From an uncultured virus (IMG/VR IMGVR_UViG_3300038464_000026) (taxonomy: Duplodnaviria; Heunggongvirae; Uroviricota; Caudoviricetes; Crassvirales), in the IMG/VR virus record IMGVR_UViG_3300038464_000026: a DNA stretch of 64,000 nt, one strand, 5' to 3'. The notes beneath the pieces were generated by a model. That model was not told where the DNA came from and searched no databases. It saw only the letters and a list, made by a program, of their open reading frames with translations. Below, one piece after another: positions 1 to 9,840 of this stretch. How positions within the stretch are numbered: the first letter of the stretch is position 1; each line of letters opens with the position of its first letter. A program made the position numbers and the translations under genes.

Positions 1-1359
1 GCCTCCAGCTAAAGATAAATATGCTAATGCTATATTTTTTAAATGTGCAGTATCTGTAGCTCCATTGTTATCAAGTATCATCCCTTTTGGATAATGACTA
101 CTAAATTGAGAAAATATTGCGTTACCAGTCATAATACCACCTGATAAAGGAAGATAATTTAATGATAAAGTCGTAGTTGCTACTTTTTTAATAAAACCAT
201 GTTCTAATACTACTACGCTATCTATGGCTGTTCCGTTTGATACTGTTGGCATATATAAAGTACCATCGATAACTACTCCTCCTTTAAAAGTAGAAGTTCC
301 TCCTGAAAATATAACATTACCTGCAATATTACCGCCTCCACTAAAATCGTATCCATAATTACAATCTAATGGATATGTACCTAATGGATATAAATTATTA
401 TTTGAAACATTCCAATATTGTGTTGATGGAGTTGTTAATATTTTTTTAAGTACTCCTTTTTCTAAAACTAATACACTATCTGATGATATTCCATTTGATA
501 ACGATGGAGCATATAATCCATTATTAACAATAATTATTTTTCCTTTATAATTTTGAGTATTATATACTATATTTCCACCGTACTTCTTTACATAATGAGT
601 AGTATCCTGAGGCACTTTTGAAATTTTCTTTACTATACCATTTTCTGATACAAGTATACTATCGGAAGATGTTCCCGTTGTTAACGATGGTAAATATAAA
701 TTGTTAATAATTGTACTTCCAGTATCATAAAAACCATCTGTAAATATACCATAGAAAGGATTTAGTGGTCTTAAATATGTTTGTATATGTGAGGTAACAG
801 TTTGCCACAAATTAGTAGCATTACTCACATAGCTCATTGGCTCTTTATACATATTCCCACTACCATCAAATACCGCTACATGCTTTGAAGTATCCTTTAC
901 AGAACTCAAATTCTTAATTATTGGCGGTGTGTAAAATGTCTTAGTGCCCCAAATACTATGCGTCCCTGTCGTCTTTACATACCCGCTATCATTAACAATT
1001 GAACTTCTTAATACCTTCTTTAATAGCCCTCCATCTATAACAATAACACTATCTGATACTAATCCCGTAGCAGCATTATATAAAGATAATGAACCATGCA
1101 CATTTACATTTACAAATGAACTAGCTCCTGTAAAAGTATTAACCCCATTAAATGTAGTAGCTGCATGAAATATATTAGTTCCATAATAACCATTACTCCT
1201 ATACCAAATATTATTATTATGAGTTCTACCAAAACAAGTATCTCGTTGACTATTTAATAAGCCAACACTTGTAATCCATAAATCACTTTGTCTAATCCAC
1301 TGTGCCATCATACAAGCAGGTATAATAGACAACATAAATACTATCACTAATTTCTTCAT
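1..1359 (-). CDS. Fibre/adhesin-like repeat protein with N-terminal signal peptide (partial, runs off left edge; not in ORF track)
   Basis: Manual translation from ATG at 1359 is open to base 1 (453 codons): MKKLVIVFMLSIIPACMMAQW...; four repeats DS(V/I)xVxxxG(L/I/V/F)xKK(V/I); fibre-type motifs YVKTTGTHSIWGTKTF, YLPLSGG, YLSLAGG. Confidence 0.75.
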   Translation of the reverse strand, partial: MKKLVIVFMLSIIPACMMAQWIRQSDLWITSVGLLNSQRDTCFGRTHNNNIWYRSNGYYGTNIFHAATTFNGVNTFTGASSFVNVNVHGSLSLYNAATGLVSDSVIVIDGGLLKKVLRSSIVNDSGYVKTTGTHSIWGTKTFYTPPIIKNLSSVKDTSKHVAVFDGSGNMYKEPMSYVSNATNLWQTVTSHIQTYLRPLNPFYGIFTDGFYDTGSTIINNLYLPSLTTGTSSDSILVSENGIVKKISKVPQDTTHYVKKYGGNIVYNTQNYKGKIIIVNNGLYAPSLSNGISSDSVLVLEKGVLKKILTTPSTQYWNVSNNNLYPLGTYPLDCNYGYDFSGGGNIAGNVIFSGGTSTFKGGVVIDGTLYMPTVSNGTAIDSVVVLEHGFIKKVATTTLSLNYLPLSGGIMTGNAIFSQFSSHYPKGMILDNNGATDTAHLKNIALAYLSLAGG

Positions 1360-1386
1360 ATTATTATATATTATTAGTTTAGATTA

Positions 1387-2019
1387 TTAATCAACATTTG
1401 ATATTGTATAAGTTTGCCTAACACCTTTACCACAACCATTACTAGGAGTTACAATTACTATGGCTGTAAAAGGTTCACCTTCTGCTATTAGAGGTGCATC
1501 TATATTAGCACTACAAAATATACTATTTGTACCTTGCCCAGTATTAATTTGTAAATAAGAGGGAACAGTCCAAGTATAAGTTACACCAGGCACATTCCTA
1601 ACTGTAAAAATACCATCTCCTGGACCATAAAATATATACCAATCAGAAGGATTAAGTACTATAGCAGATGGTTGTGCAGGAGGTAAACAATCATTATTTT
1701 TAGGATTTATATTAACTACATTAGGTAGTCCTATACAATTAAGTATTTTATTTAGATTTATTCCAAAGCACATAAGTCTGTTATATAAATTTATTAAATT
1801 ATATTTCTCTGTATAATAAGCCCAAGTTTTATTTGTATTATCAATATCATCTCTTATAAGTATTCCTAGATAATAGGCAATATGATAATGCAATAATGTA
1901 GTTTTAACACTATTCTTTCCATATACATCATTTTGTTTATAAAGTATATTTAGTATATTGTTCATACCCCAACCATTAGCTTTATAAAAACATTGTCTAT
2001 AACTGTATATATCTACCAT
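1387..2019 (-). CDS. Putative virion/tail protein with C-terminal PKD/Ig-like domain
   Basis: 210 aa; C-terminal YTWTVP...GQGTNSI...VTPSNGCG resembles PKD-like domains of Bacteroidota surface proteins; in structural block. Confidence 0.5.
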   Translation of the reverse strand: MVDIYSYRQCFYKANGWGMNNILNILYKQNDVYGKNSVKTTLLHYHIAYYLGILIRDDIDNTNKTWAYYTEKYNLINLYNRLMCFGINLNKILNCIGLPNVVNINPKNNDCLPPAQPSAIVLNPSDWYIFYGPGDGIFTVRNVPGVTYTWTVPSYLQINTGQGTNSIFCSANIDAPLIAEGEPFTAIVIVTPSNGCGKGVRQTYTISNVD

Positions 2020-3164
2020 GATTTACAAGATTTACAATATTCATCAATTTCTCCTATAAGTAGATTAAGAGAATACAAATCATCCATCACAGATGTCATA
2101 TCTATAAACCATTCATATCCTAAGATATTATCTGCTCTTTGAAAGAATTGCTGTACTAATACAAAGAAATCTATATAATCACAAGTAGATTTACAATTAT
2201 TTTCTCCACAATTCTTATCTTCATCACATATAATCTTACCTAAATAATGTCTCCAACATTCATTTATATTGCAAGATATAACTTGTAAGTAATATATAGC
2301 TCCAGAATTAATACTGTACCTATATATACCATCGTTGGGTAACGATATTGTAGTATTAGCTCCATTTAAAATAGAAATATTAGTTACTGGAGTACCACTC
2401 CCATTAACTGTTATATTAGTCCATCCAGTGGATTCTAACATATCAACTTCAAAAGTTATAGTACTACCAGAATTATTAGTAAATATAATATTATTGCAAT
2501 CTTTATTTTCTATAGAATAAGTTAATTGTTGATTAACTGTTGCTGTATAAACACAAGTATAAGTTGTGCCTCCAGAAGTATACGATTGAGTTAAAGTTAA
2601 TGTCTTAGTTTGTGCCGTATATAAAGTAAAATTACTATTAGTAGATAATACATACCCTGATAAATTAGTATATATAAAATTACCAATATTAAGAGGTAAT
2701 TGTGAAGTAGTATAATAAATAGCTGTTTGATTAGAACCAGGAGTAGGAATACCTATAAATGTTGGGTACATTCCAAAAATAGAACCTCCATAAGGTGTTA
2801 GTAAATATATAGGTATTGTAATATTGCTGTTATAAAAATTGAATATTTGTTCATAAGTTAATACACTTTCTGCTGTGTCAGTTAAAGTAATATTTAATGA
2901 AATATAGTTATTTCCAGTTAGACTAGTAGGAGTTATTGTTACTGATTTTGTTGTACCATTATATGCAAAAGTTAAACCAATAGTATTACCATTATTATCT
3001 AAGGTATTAGCTGTACTACTTACAGATGTACATACAGTACTGGATAATAAACTATTACCATAAATATCTAATATAGTTATATAAGTAGTTCCGATTGAAT
3101 TTGTTCCAAGAATAGCACATTGACTTCCTGTACCAACCATATAAATAGGCGTTATTGTTATCAT
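2013..3164 (-). CDS. Putative tail/structural protein (Thr/Asn-rich beta region, Cys-rich C-terminus)
   Basis: 383 aa ORF; composition and position downstream of capsid operon. Confidence 0.45.
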   Translation of the reverse strand: MITITPIYMVGTGSQCAILGTNSIGTTYITILDIYGNSLLSSTVCTSVSSTANTLDNNGNTIGLTFAYNGTTKSVTITPTSLTGNNYISLNITLTDTAESVLTYEQIFNFYNSNITIPIYLLTPYGGSIFGMYPTFIGIPTPGSNQTAIYYTTSQLPLNIGNFIYTNLSGYVLSTNSNFTLYTAQTKTLTLTQSYTSGGTTYTCVYTATVNQQLTYSIENKDCNNIIFTNNSGSTITFEVDMLESTGWTNITVNGSGTPVTNISILNGANTTISLPNDGIYRYSINSGAIYYLQVISCNINECWRHYLGKIICDEDKNCGENNCKSTCDYIDFFVLVQQFFQRADNILGYEWFIDMTSVMDDLYSLNLLIGEIDEYCKSCKSW

Positions 3165-3180
3165 ATAATAGTATATTAAA

Positions 3181-3208
3181 ATAAAGTGGTAGGAGTTACC
3201 CTACCACT
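3181..3208 (-). terminator. Intrinsic terminator ending capsid operon
   Basis: Stem AGTGGTAGG(3185-3193)/CCTACCACT(3200-3208) followed by T-rich run on minus strand. Confidence 0.7.
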
Positions 3209-3221
3209 CATTTATTAAAAT

Positions 3222-4274
3222 TTAAACATTAAACATTGTACGAAGTATAGCAACAAGAGCATCACTATGCGGAACAGCAATAACTAACTCTTGTTTAATT
3301 TTAGTAGCTTTAATATCTATATTAGCATTAGTAATATTAGGAGAATTCCAAGTAAGTAAGAACAAATCATAAGTAGTACCAGTAACTAATGAGCTACCAA
3401 GTTGCCACATATATTGTTCTAAATACAAGCTATTTTCTTTACCATCCTCAATCCAAGCATTTAATTCCCAATCTTGTAATTGAGCGACAGTACCATTACC
3501 ATTGCTATTAGCAAGTAAATAAGAACCTTGAGGAGCATTAGCAGTAACAACATTATCAAGTAATATATTTGAAGCATTAAAATATTCTATAATATCAGCA
3601 TTTGCTAACAAATCATCACCAACAGCTTCAAAATCTACACCAGCAGTAGCAGCAGTTAATACTATACCACAATAATGACTTGAACCATCTTGTATTGGAG
3701 CAGCAGTTACAATAGCATTTGTATCAGCATTAATTACAGCAGCTAATTTGTAATAAATATTAGTAGCCGAAGCTATATCATAAGAAGTATCAGAAGCTAA
3801 AATAGTATAACTATATGTACTAACTCTATTTTGTTCTTCCATAGGAAGATTAGTATTAATAACTCTTATAGTTATAGGATTACCTACTTGTACTGTAGTT
3901 AATGTTGTCGGTATATTAAAACTACCAACAGCACTAGCTGTATATGTACTATTACTTCCACCAATAATCATAATCTTACCAACAGGTGCTACATAAGCAG
4001 CATAAGTTACTACTAGGCTATTCATATCAATAGGTTGATGAGCAATACCCATAGCAGCATAATTTGAATTAGCAGCACGTCCAATAACAGGTAAAATAGT
4101 ATCATAACTAGTAAATAAACTAGTACCAGAAGGTATCAGTGCACCATTAGCAACACTACCTGCTATTCCGCCATTATAAAATGCAATAGAACCAACTGGT
4201 GCGGCAGCTATATTATCAAAAGTTGCAGCAGTACCATATCCTGCACTTGCTGCGGTTACAATAAATTCTTTCAT
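3222..4274 (-). CDS. Putative auxiliary capsid protein
   Basis: 350 aa, Ala/Thr/Gly-rich; last gene before terminator of MCP operon, a position typical of crAss auxiliary capsid proteins. Confidence 0.55.
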   Translation of the reverse strand: MKEFIVTAASAGYGTAATFDNIAAAPVGSIAFYNGGIAGSVANGALIPSGTSLFTSYDTILPVIGRAANSNYAAMGIAHQPIDMNSLVVTYAAYVAPVGKIMIIGGSNSTYTASAVGSFNIPTTLTTVQVGNPITIRVINTNLPMEEQNRVSTYSYTILASDTSYDIASATNIYYKLAAVINADTNAIVTAAPIQDGSSHYCGIVLTAATAGVDFEAVGDDLLANADIIEYFNASNILLDNVVTANAPQGSYLLANSNGNGTVAQLQDWELNAWIEDGKENSLYLEQYMWQLGSSLVTGTTYDLFLLTWNSPNITNANIDIKATKIKQELVIAVPHSDALVAILRTMFNV

Positions 4275-4301
4275 ATTTATATTATTATATTAATTATTAA
4301 A

Positions 4302-4685
4302 TTAAGCAATAACTGCATTTACACCTTCACATAACCATTCTGTAGCACTTATAGCTAAACAGAATACAGCATTTAATGCACCAGCAGCAGATGCAGGTAC
4401 AGTTATAACAGCAGGAGTACCTGCTATACCATTTATAGTAATAGTATTAGCACTACCTATAACACTTAAAGTATTAGCTGAAGTACCTTTATTAATTATA
4501 AGTAATTGTGCACCTTGCACAGGAGTAGGTAAAGTTACTTTACCTGCAATAGTATTAGTTACATAGGCAACATTTACACCTGCTGCAATAATACCAGTTG
4601 TAGCACCACCACTTGTGGCAGTATAACTCGCACTAGTCGTTCCTACATTAGGAAGATTAGATTTAAAAAGACTCATTAAGTTCAT
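4302..4685 (-). CDS. Putative head decoration/head fibre protein
   Basis: 127 aa Ala/Thr/Gly-rich, VTLPTP...G..L.IIN beta motif; in capsid operon. Confidence 0.5.
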   Translation of the reverse strand: MNLMSLFKSNLPNVGTTSASYTATSGGATTGIIAAGVNVAYVTNTIAGKVTLPTPVQGAQLLIINKGTSANTLSVIGSANTITINGIAGTPAVITVPASAAGALNAVFCLAISATEWLCEGVNAVIA

Positions 4686-4688
4686 ATC

Positions 4689-5768
4689 TTATTCTTTTTT
4701 AATATTATCATTAATAACTTCTTTATAATTTTGACTAGCAAGATTAGCCTTAGCTATTTCAACAGCTATATCAACAATCTCATCAGCTTGACTTAATTCA
4801 CAACCTTGATTAGTCTTTATATTAATTAATTTAGGTTTTCTAATATAGGTTATAGATGCACTTGTAATAGCAATAGTATTATTCTCATACAAATACAAGG
4901 AACTATTATCTAAAGTACATAATGGACTTTCCTGTAAGTTCTTTGTAAAGTAATAATCTAGCATCATACTATCAATACTACTAGATGATTCTAAGGAATT
5001 AGGAGCAGACATATTAGCAATTACTTTTGTTAAATCATAACTAATTAATGTACTCAAATCTTGTATATCATAGTTAATTCCACTACTTGAAGCACCAACT
5101 AAACTAAAACTAGTAGATGGTACTCTATTAAGTATCATAAAATAGTTATAACTACCAATTGTAGTATAAAATAGTTCTATATTTCCATTTAAATTATTAT
5201 AAGTATCTAAACAAATATTTATAGTCTCAAATACATTATCTGTATTTAAACTAGTAAATTCATATGTAGATAAATCTATAATATTAGTTGTAACTACACT
5301 ACCATTATTATAACTTAATGCAATATAAAAATTATTAAATACTCCAGTCTCAGGAAGTATAGGTATTGCAATATATTGTGCAATACCTGTACTAGCTAAA
5401 ACTTTATTTAAATAATTACAATTATATTTTAGAAAACTTCTACTATTAATAAGATGATAATAATCAAAAGGTAAAGGTAATAAAACTCTATCTATACCAT
5501 TATAACTATTAAAATCACTATCAATATAAGTAGGAGCACTAAAACTATTTTTTAATTCTCTTAAATCATCATATCTTTTTTGTGTATCTTCAAAGCCTTC
5601 TTTTTTAACATTTAGTTTCCTACTACAACGAACATCTATAAATTGATACATAGCTCTATTTAGAAGCATATCTTTCTCCTCTGGCATTATAACTCTCTCA
5701 CGATTGCTATTAAGCCATTGAGCCTTTATATCAAAAGCTATATGAAGTTCTTTTGCAGTAAGATACAT
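4689..5768 (-). CDS. crAss-type tail ring / head-tail adaptor protein
   Basis: N-terminus ELHIAFD...PEEKDMLLNRAMYQFI...GFEDTQKRYDDL and C-terminus ITYIRKP...CEL...EIVDIAV match crAss ring protein pattern. Confidence 0.7.
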   Translation of the reverse strand: MYLTAKELHIAFDIKAQWLNSNRERVIMPEEKDMLLNRAMYQFIDVRCSRKLNVKKEGFEDTQKRYDDLRELKNSFSAPTYIDSDFNSYNGIDRVLLPLPFDYYHLINSRSFLKYNCNYLNKVLASTGIAQYIAIPILPETGVFNNFYIALSYNNGSVVTTNIIDLSTYEFTSLNTDNVFETINICLDTYNNLNGNIELFYTTIGSYNYFMILNRVPSTSFSLVGASSSGINYDIQDLSTLISYDLTKVIANMSAPNSLESSSSIDSMMLDYYFTKNLQESPLCTLDNSSLYLYENNTIAITSASITYIRKPKLINIKTNQGCELSQADEIVDIAVEIAKANLASQNYKEVINDNIKKE

Positions 5769-5770
5769 AA

Positions 5771-6799
5771 TTATTTATTTAAAGCTTTAAATTTAACTCT
5801 ATATTCAGAAACCTTAGCTTGCTTAGTATCTAATGAAAAATAGGTTATAACCTCATTTATACTATGACCTAATATTAATTCAGGGTCAGAAGCATCAGTT
5901 ATAATCTCAGTATTAGGAGTTCTCCTAAGTATATTAGCATTTATAAGTTTATTAATCTCAGCTTTTATAATCAAATTCTTATCATCAACTGTTTCAATAA
6001 ACTTAGTTGCATCTTCTTTAGATAAATTTTTAAGCAAGATATGCTTATCATCAACACTCATTCCTTTAATATCATGTCCTAAAGCTAATATTACATTATC
6101 TACTTTCTCTTCTTTAGATATAAGTTCTATATATTTTGCTAAGGACTTATCTTCTAATTTAGAAGCTTCTCTTCTAGTAGATTCTATTTCACCTTTAGAA
6201 TACAAATAAAAAGCTATTCTAGGACTCTTATCAACATCTTCAATCTTATTAGCAACTAAAGAATAATTTAAGCAATATCTCCAAAGTAAATAGTTAGGTA
6301 TATTAATAGGAGTTGCATAAAGATATTTCTTATTTTCAGGTATAATTTGTTTACCATCTTTACTATCTTTAAGAACTTTCATCAGAGATTTATCATCAAC
6401 TATACTTTTAAATTCAAGAGCTAAACGAGTTATTTCTTCTCTTTTTTCTCTATCATTAAAATCATAAATGAATCCAACTTCTAATTCCATACCTTCTTCT
6501 TCAATTTCTACTCTTAGAGAATCCCAATAATCTTTAACTACATCATCCCAGCCAGAGGATATTGATTTTGGGTCTTTACCTAAAATAGTAGGCATAAGTA
6601 CTTTCATTTCATCTCCATTGATAATCATCTTGTTAACAGCACCAATAGTACTACCTATTTTTCTAGTACTCTCATCTAAACCAGATACTGTACCACTTAC
6701 AGTATCTGGATTATCATGCTGTAGCTTAATATTTGAAAGCATAAAACTAGAGATGTTCTTACGCCTCATTATATATATTATATTACTATCTTTTATCAT
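5771..6799 (-). CDS. Conserved crAss protein adjacent to MCP (gene 75-like)
   Basis: 342 aa directly downstream of MCP; PINIPNYLLWRYCL...VAN motif. Confidence 0.6.
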   Translation of the reverse strand: MIKDSNIIYIMRRKNISSFMLSNIKLQHDNPDTVSGTVSGLDESTRKIGSTIGAVNKMIINGDEMKVLMPTILGKDPKSISSGWDDVVKDYWDSLRVEIEEEGMELEVGFIYDFNDREKREEITRLALEFKSIVDDKSLMKVLKDSKDGKQIIPENKKYLYATPINIPNYLLWRYCLNYSLVANKIEDVDKSPRIAFYLYSKGEIESTRREASKLEDKSLAKYIELISKEEKVDNVILALGHDIKGMSVDDKHILLKNLSKEDATKFIETVDDKNLIIKAEINKLINANILRRTPNTEIITDASDPELILGHSINEVITYFSLDTKQAKVSEYRVKFKALNK

Positions 6800-6856
6800 T
6801 TTATTATCTTTATAAGTTATAACTCTTTTATAGATTAATTAGTATTTTAATTTATC

Positions 6857-8350
6857 TTAGTTCATTAACATTTCTGCCATATAAGATGTAGTCCAGTTGT
6901 ACATATTAATACCCATAGAAGTCATTACTTCATAAGTAGCAATATCTTTTCTATCAGATAACTGGTCTCCATTTCTAGCAATAGCAGCCCATTCAGCAGG
7001 TAAATTGGTTAAACCTTTATAAACACCTGTTAATAGTTCTCTACCTTCTTCACATACTAAGGTTACATTTCTTTCTCCACCATCTGTCATAGAATGGTCT
7101 AGAAATACAAATGTATAAGATGATAATGGAAGTCCACCAACCATCCTACCATTCTTTCTATCACTTTCTGCTAACAAACCTTGATTAAAGAAATTAGTTT
7201 CTGTAACACTAAGTAAATATCCATCAACTGTACGATAATGTCTAAAATAATTACCATAAGTTAAATATTGTCCTTCTTTAGAAACAGATTCAATTTCCTG
7301 TTTCCCCATTGGTGTAAAATAACCTTTAGCAAAGGCATCAGTTTTCATTGCATTATCAAACTGTCGCATACCACCTGCACCTGTATAAAGGATTATTTCC
7401 ATAGGTGTTCTATCAACCCTATTAGTAAATATATTAGTTATGATAGAATCCCACATACTCCTTGTTAAAGTTGAGTATGTATTATATTGTCCAGTACTTT
7501 TAAGTATTTCAAATATACCAGCACCTTTAGGAATAGGTTTTCCAGTTACTTCATCTTTTAAAGTAATCTGACCATTATTATCTCTATTGTATACAGATGT
7601 CCATAAATCAGTTTCAATATCAAGTCTCCTATCAATTTCAAATAGTTTCATTTCAAAAGGCATCCATAAATTAGTCTTACCTCCACCTTCTAAATCAAAT
7701 TCAAATTTAGTAGCTTTATGAGCAATATTACCAGATATAACTTTAGAGAATCTCTGGAAACCAAACTGATTAGTCATCTTAGCTGGCCCCATAGAGTTAC
7801 TTCTATTACCATCACTAAATGATGCAGCAACAGAAGGAGCAGCCATAGTCCAGTAACAACCAGGTGTAAAATTATTTAAACTTACATATTCAGCATGATT
7901 ACCTCCAACAATAACAAATGTATATAAATACATTCCATTAGCTTGTTTAGTAGGTTCACCTTGAATACGAAGCAAATGTTGTCTATCAGCAGTCATAGCA
8001 CCATGCTGTCCAATAAACCAGTTATCTTGCATATAAACTTGGAAAGGACTAAATCCTAATCCAGGTTTAGCAAGACCTGTATTGTATAAAGCATATACTT
8101 GAGAAGTATGTTTCATTCTTCCCATTATATCCCATACATATTGGGTATCATTAAGTGCTTTAGGTTTCATAGGTTTAAGTAAACCTTGACCTTCTGTAGA
8201 ACTTAATAAAGGAAACATATTAGAATCCTTACCCCAAAGGTATGTTAAATTCTTACTTAACTGTACTGGTTCAAGAAATTTATATTTATACATAATATCT
8301 TGGTCAGTATAGCCACTACTATCATAAGTAGCTGTATATAGTTCACGCAT
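6857..8350 (-). CDS. Major capsid protein (crAss-like)
   Basis: 497 aa; MFPLLSSTEGQ, MTNQFGFQRFSKVISGN, PIPKGAGI, LYTGAGGM motifs; order TerL-portal-X-MCP. Confidence 0.9.
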   Translation of the reverse strand: MRELYTATYDSSGYTDQDIMYKYKFLEPVQLSKNLTYLWGKDSNMFPLLSSTEGQGLLKPMKPKALNDTQYVWDIMGRMKHTSQVYALYNTGLAKPGLGFSPFQVYMQDNWFIGQHGAMTADRQHLLRIQGEPTKQANGMYLYTFVIVGGNHAEYVSLNNFTPGCYWTMAAPSVAASFSDGNRSNSMGPAKMTNQFGFQRFSKVISGNIAHKATKFEFDLEGGGKTNLWMPFEMKLFEIDRRLDIETDLWTSVYNRDNNGQITLKDEVTGKPIPKGAGIFEILKSTGQYNTYSTLTRSMWDSIITNIFTNRVDRTPMEIILYTGAGGMRQFDNAMKTDAFAKGYFTPMGKQEIESVSKEGQYLTYGNYFRHYRTVDGYLLSVTETNFFNQGLLAESDRKNGRMVGGLPLSSYTFVFLDHSMTDGGERNVTLVCEEGRELLTGVYKGLTNLPAEWAAIARNGDQLSDRKDIATYEVMTSMGINMYNWTTSYMAEMLMN

Positions 8351-8371
8351 ATTATTTCAGTTTTAAATTAG

Positions 8372-9691
8372 TTATTTAACAGGTAATAGAATCTTACCAG
8401 TATTAGTATTAACATTAGGTCTAGCACTATTACTAGTTTGAGATTTCAATACCCGAATTTTCTTAACTTCACTATTGAGTATTTGTTCTTCAATAAATTG
8501 AGTTAAATCACCTTTAGTAAACCTTCTATAAGAATCAAACATATCATTATCAATATTCTGACCAGTCTTTACTAAATTAATCTTCTCCATATATAAATCA
8601 TACTGATTGTGAGTCATCGTATTGTTAACACCATCAATATTATATATAAGAGGTTTAGAAATATAGTCCATATAATCATTGCTAGATTTCATAACAGGTT
8701 TACCATTCTCTATTATTTTTATTGTCTTAGGTATCGTATAAGTTTTATTCCCTATATTAAGCTTACCGCTATCTAACTTAGCTTTTACAGAAAGCCAATA
8801 CTGTTTCTCAGTATCAAGGTCTCTAAGTCTTATATCATCAAGTTGTTTCTGTTGTCTTGTACGTAATTCAGTTTCTTTTCCTACAAGATAATCTTTAGCT
8901 GCTATAGCACCTTCAAATAGTTTATTATCAGCAGTCAAATAATTAAGATATGTATTAGCTTGTTCTTTACTATCCCCTTTAGCAAGTCTTTCTTCAATTA
9001 TAATATAACCTAATTGGTCTTTATTATTCTTATCTAATACAATACTATCATAAGAGGTTTGTTTATTAAACCCTTCAAGATTACCATTATTAATAACAAG
9101 ATGATTAATAACATCTTGTAATATAGGATAAGCTTGTATTAACTTATTTTGTTCATCTTTAGCATATTGTTCCCCAAGTATCGTAGCAGTGTCAAGAGTA
9201 TATTTTGTTAGACCTTCTTTTGTATTCTCATAAACTAGAGGAACTCCATTATTATCCATTGGAGTAACTCCTGTTAATTTCTGTAATTCTTCTATAGATA
9301 ATTCATCATCAGAAGTAACAGGTACTTCATCCAATGTAGATAGTTCACTTTTTGTTTTAAATATAGAACCATCACTATTAAGAGCATTACCATCTTTATC
9401 TAATTTATAAGTTATTTCTTTATTTTCTGCATCAAGTATTATTACTGATTCTTCATTAGTAACAACTGGTTGTGCAGCAATAGTTTTTAGTTGTTCAAGT
9501 TCAACTTTAGTCTTTATAACAACACCTTTATCATCAATAGCATTTCCTTCTGTATTAACTTTAAAAGTATCTTTACCAATAACTAAATCTGTGGTTATAT
9601 TAGTTTTATCTCCTTCTGTAGGAGTTATAACTGTATTTTCTTTACCTTCATTACCAATAGGTAATACTATTTTTTTAACTTCTTCTGGCAT
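8372..9691 (-). CDS. Putative scaffold/capsid assembly protein
   Basis: 439 aa, acidic, between portal and MCP; internal repeat G(N)A(I/L)xxxGxxxKTKxEL. Confidence 0.55.
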   Translation of the reverse strand: MPEEVKKIVLPIGNEGKENTVITPTEGDKTNITTDLVIGKDTFKVNTEGNAIDDKGVVIKTKVELEQLKTIAAQPVVTNEESVIILDAENKEITYKLDKDGNALNSDGSIFKTKSELSTLDEVPVTSDDELSIEELQKLTGVTPMDNNGVPLVYENTKEGLTKYTLDTATILGEQYAKDEQNKLIQAYPILQDVINHLVINNGNLEGFNKQTSYDSIVLDKNNKDQLGYIIIEERLAKGDSKEQANTYLNYLTADNKLFEGAIAAKDYLVGKETELRTRQQKQLDDIRLRDLDTEKQYWLSVKAKLDSGKLNIGNKTYTIPKTIKIIENGKPVMKSSNDYMDYISKPLIYNIDGVNNTMTHNQYDLYMEKINLVKTGQNIDNDMFDSYRRFTKGDLTQFIEEQILNSEVKKIRVLKSQTSNSARPNVNTNTGKILLPVK

Positions 9692-9727
9692 ATTATTATT
9701 TATTATCTGTTATTAAATCAGTTAGTT

Positions 9728-9810
9728 TGCAAAGATAAGTATAATATCCTTTATTTGACAGTCTATTCATTATACTTATAAACAATTTTATAAACAATTC
9801 CTGTGATAAC
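9728..9810 (-). promoter_or_regulatory. Promoter A: Bacteroidota -7 element with tandem upstream boxes
   Basis: Minus strand TGTTTATAA(9796-9788)-aat-TGTTTATAA(9784-9776)-N38-TATCTTTG(9737-9730)CA; extra inverted box at ~9802-9810. Confidence 0.8.
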
Positions 9811-9840
9811 ATATATAATGTAATCTTGTTACAATGCAAA

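Noticed and set aside
1..1359. Diversity-generating retroelement target in the fibre-like gene
   Set aside because: No reverse transcriptase or adenine-specific TR/VR pair visible; the repeats are diverged protein-level repeats.
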